Assembly: GCA_034226945.1 (NCBI GenBank)
Contig: CP120462.1
Location: 930,001 to 975,652 of the forward strand
Length of the DNA stretch: 45,652 bases
Origin: Picochlorum sp. SENEW3
Lineage: Eukaryota
Direction: 5' to 3'
Shown here one piece after another: positions 42,800 to 45,652 of this stretch. The translations under genes were made by a program, and so were the position numbers. The notes beneath the pieces are model-generated. The model was given only the letters and a program-made list of their open reading frames with translations. It did no database searches and was not told where the DNA came from. Numbering within the stretch: the stretch's first letter is position 1; each line of letters opens with the position of its first letter.

Positions 42800-45545
42800 A
42801 TTGAGGGTTAGCTCACCTCCTTTCTTGTCACAGGCTCTTTTTGTATTGTTGTTCTATTACATTCCGTTCAATGTTGTTGACTGGTATACAAACGCATGAT
42901 AATAAATTTTCTTTGTTCTCGATGTTTTACTTTTGAATGTTGATCGTTGTGTAGCAGAGAAGCCTTTCTTTTTTTTCTTCTGTAGTAGTTGTAGCTCCTA
43001 CATTCATTCATCCAGGTCAGAGCAGCTCCTGTGGTGGCCAGATTCCCTAATAGTGTGTGGTGGACAGACAACACTTATCATTTCCATCCAAACCAGATTG
43101 ATTCTGTTATATATCTTTTGTTCTTGTATTGTTGATGTACAAGGATACGACATACTACTAGAAACACTGCTCAAAAAGCAGTCGCGTGTCAGGACAGCAG
43201 GGTGTGTTGCATGATTCCCAACAGATCCCTGTGCAGCATAAGTGTGTGTGTCCACATCCATCCTTATATTCACACGTTGTCCTACTTACCATACGATAGA
43301 ATAGATCGATTAGAACATATTTTTTCATCATTCGTGTTATTCTTGTGTTTTCTGAATCCACGAATCAGTGTGTGTGTGTGTGTGGAGATATGTATGGAGC
43401 TGTTTTGCTGTTTTGTTGGTTGAGTCTGTGGATGGTGGGTGAGCACACATTGTGTGCTATTGCTATTACTACTACTCTCTTCGTTGTTTCGTTGTTTCTA
43501 CCTCTAGAGCAGCAACAGCAGTAACTATTGTTGTTTGTTTTTAGTAAACCGACAGTAATAGTAATAGTTGTAGAGAAGAAGAAGAACAAAAGGTGTGGTA
43601 GCAGAAGAGGTATCTCGTCAAAGGTCTTGTCTCCATCGGGAGGGGTAGATAGACTGAAGGCATCGGTCCGACAGAGTATTGGATCGATCAGTAAGGTCGG
43701 CCTCTTTTTCTTTTCTCGCGAGGCGTGTCCGTCCGTAAATGAGGACAATAAAAAAGGACGACCATGAAACCACACGCTTTATCCGCTCGGCCACACTCAG
43801 CGTGCTTTTTGTGGCTTTTTTCATCTCCCATCACAAGGGACGTTTGACCGGCAGTGTAGTTCTCTCCTCCATCAAACACCTCTTCTGATGGGAGCCTGGA
43901 TACGGAGCACACACAGGTGGAGGAAGAGAGAGCTGTGGAACAGTCTTTAAACACGACGAGATCTTCCCCAAAGAAGCGTCGCAATTGTATATATATATTA
44001 CTATCCTACTACTATTCTATCCTCATTGCAACTCATGAAGTCTAAGTAATTAAGTAAGCGGTCCATGCATGATGATGATACTGATAGTTGCTTCAGCATT
44101 GTAACTGCTGCAACGGTACTCTAGTGCTTGCCACAGCTTGGTTCTTGTTGTTGTGAAGAAGACGATTTCCTTTCATTCTTTTTCTCCTTTCCTGTCTCTT
44201 GTTTATTTATTCTTTTCATATACTTCTTATTATACCTCTCTCTGGTCTTCTTGTCGCTGTTGTTCTTTGTGGAGACAGACTTCATGGCACCAGCTTGTTG
44301 TGAAGACGACGATTTGTTTTCATTTCATTCTTGTTCCATGATGTCTTTTCCTTATATATTCATTTCACAGTTATTATTCTAACTCTTATATAATAAACTC
44401 TTTCTCTATCTCACATGTTGTCTGTGAGTCGAGCTCCAGGTTGTTCTTCTTGTGTGCTTTGTTGTGTTCTGTTATTATTGGTTGCTATTATTGGTCATGT
44501 CGATTGTTGTTGTGCATGTTATTATCATTATTACATTATTACTACTATTATGAGATATTTACTTTCTTCTTCTTTTGATTGCTTTGCTTCTTTGTTTGTT
44601 GGTGTGTTGTCTAGTGTTATTATAGCAGCAGCAGTAGTAGTAGTAGTAGTGGTGGTGGTGTGAATGCTGGATGGTTGTTGATTTATTGTATTGTTGTTGT
44701 TGTTGTTGTTGTGTGGGGTGGCTGTTTTAGACACCCTTGCTTGGTTTGGTTGGTATTTTTTGGTGGTGGTCCCAGTCAAGTCCTTTAAGAAGTCAAGGGG
44801 TGGTGATGATGACAGGAAGATCGCCATTCTTCTTGTTCCGAGATGCTCCCTCTTCTTCCAGACATGTGGCAGCAGACCACTGTTTGTTTTGCACTGGGTG
44901 TGCGACGCTTTTTTTTAATGATGGGTGTTTATTATTATTATTATTTATATTGGTACTCTTCTTCTTACTTACTTACTTCCTTACTTACTTAATATTGTGT
45001 CCTTCTGTTGATGTTGCTGTTGTTGTTGTGAAAAAGGACAGAGATTCTTTTCATTCATGCATAGCATAGTATAGTATAGATTGTTGTTGTGTCATTATGA
45101 TTATTATGAGATTTGTATCTATTGATTTTGGTTTTGCTTTGCTAATTTTTGTGTTGGTTGCTGTTGTTGTTGTTGTCTTCTCTTGTTGTAGTAGTAGTAG
45201 TAATAGAGGAGGAGGAGCAGTAGTAGTAGCAGAGCTTGTGGTGTGCCGTGTCTTTTGTTGTTGTCGTTGTTGTTGTCGTTGTCGTTGTCGTTGTATATAT
45301 AGTATAGGTGGTTATTATACTACTACTTATTCTTCTTGATATTGTATTGTATATTTTCGTTCTTTTGGTGGTGTTTTTGGATGTTTTTTGGTTGGTGTGT
45401 TTTTTTGGTTAGGGTATTTTGGTCTTGTTGGTGGTGTTTTTTCTTGGCTTTATTTTTGATTTTTTGGATATTTTCTTATTTTTGGGTAGTTTTGTGTTTG
45501 TTTTATTTAGAAATTGTGTTTATTTTTGTTTGTGTGGTGGGAAGT
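42800..45545. repeat. Low-complexity, strand-skewed region rich in (TTG)n, (TAG)n, (TTA)n and (TG)n microsatellites
   Basis: Plus strand is strongly T/G-rich with many short trinucleotide runs and no credible ORFs. Confidence 0.8.
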
Positions 45546-45604
45546 AGGGTGACTATGTGGCAATATACCCTCATTACCCTCCTGCCAAGAACGACGGTAT
45601 GCAC

Positions 45605-45622
45605 AGGGTATAGGGTATAGGG
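45605..45622 (+). repeat. Telomere-like repeat AGGG(TATAGGG)2
   Basis: G-rich strand runs 5'->3' toward the contig end and directly abuts the sequencing adapter. Only about 2.5 units. Confidence 0.6.
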
Positions 45623-45648
45623 AGCAATACGTAACTGAACGAAGTACA
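45623..45648 (-). other. Untrimmed Oxford Nanopore ligation adapter (technical artefact)
   Basis: AGCAATACGTAACTGAACGAAGTACA is the reverse complement of the ONT adapter TGTACTTCGTTCAGTTACGTATTGCT. Confidence 0.95.
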
Positions 45649-45652
45649 CTGA

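Noticed and set aside
44128..45620. Hydrophobic plus-strand ORFs resembling membrane proteins
   Set aside because: Products of T/G-rich microsatellites. Positions 45340-45545 may also be poor basecalling near the read end.

Overview
Eukaryotic nuclear DNA from a compact green alga. It has short GT-AG introns, TGTAA poly(A)-type motifs, and plastid- and mitochondrion-targeted genes; a Picochlorum-like trebouxiophyte is my inference. Positions 1-38.9 kb are gene-dense, with 27 protein genes: class 3 lipase, DUF4336, plastid NusG/pTAC13-like, FN3 protein, CDP-DAG synthase, HSP10, mitochondrial carrier, MnmG, glyoxalase I, CCB3, TlyA-like methyltransferase, kinesin-7, YjbQ, mS23, plastid GPAT, PRCC-like, plastid uL6, ADIP-like, DUF3253, RPP2, ELP6, plastid glutamine synthetase, COX5b, Exo84-like, ClpR and two uncertain proteins. 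Positions 38.9-45.65 kb have no intact gene and look subtelomeric. They hold degenerate repeats, a TA-flanked TIR element and microsatellites, and end in TATAGGG repeats followed by an untrimmed Oxford Nanopore adapter. Highlights: (1) A spliced DUF3253 gene, missed as a unit by the ORF track, has an in-frame TGA exactly at the family's conserved Cys (KTC-U-PSE), so it is a candidate selenoprotein. The only good SECIS-consensus hairpin I found is on the same strand but about 135 nt upstream of its ATG. (2) Two degenerate copies of a Fanzor/TnpB-type C-terminus lie 34 kb apart. All calls come from reading the sequence and recalled family motifs; no searches were run.
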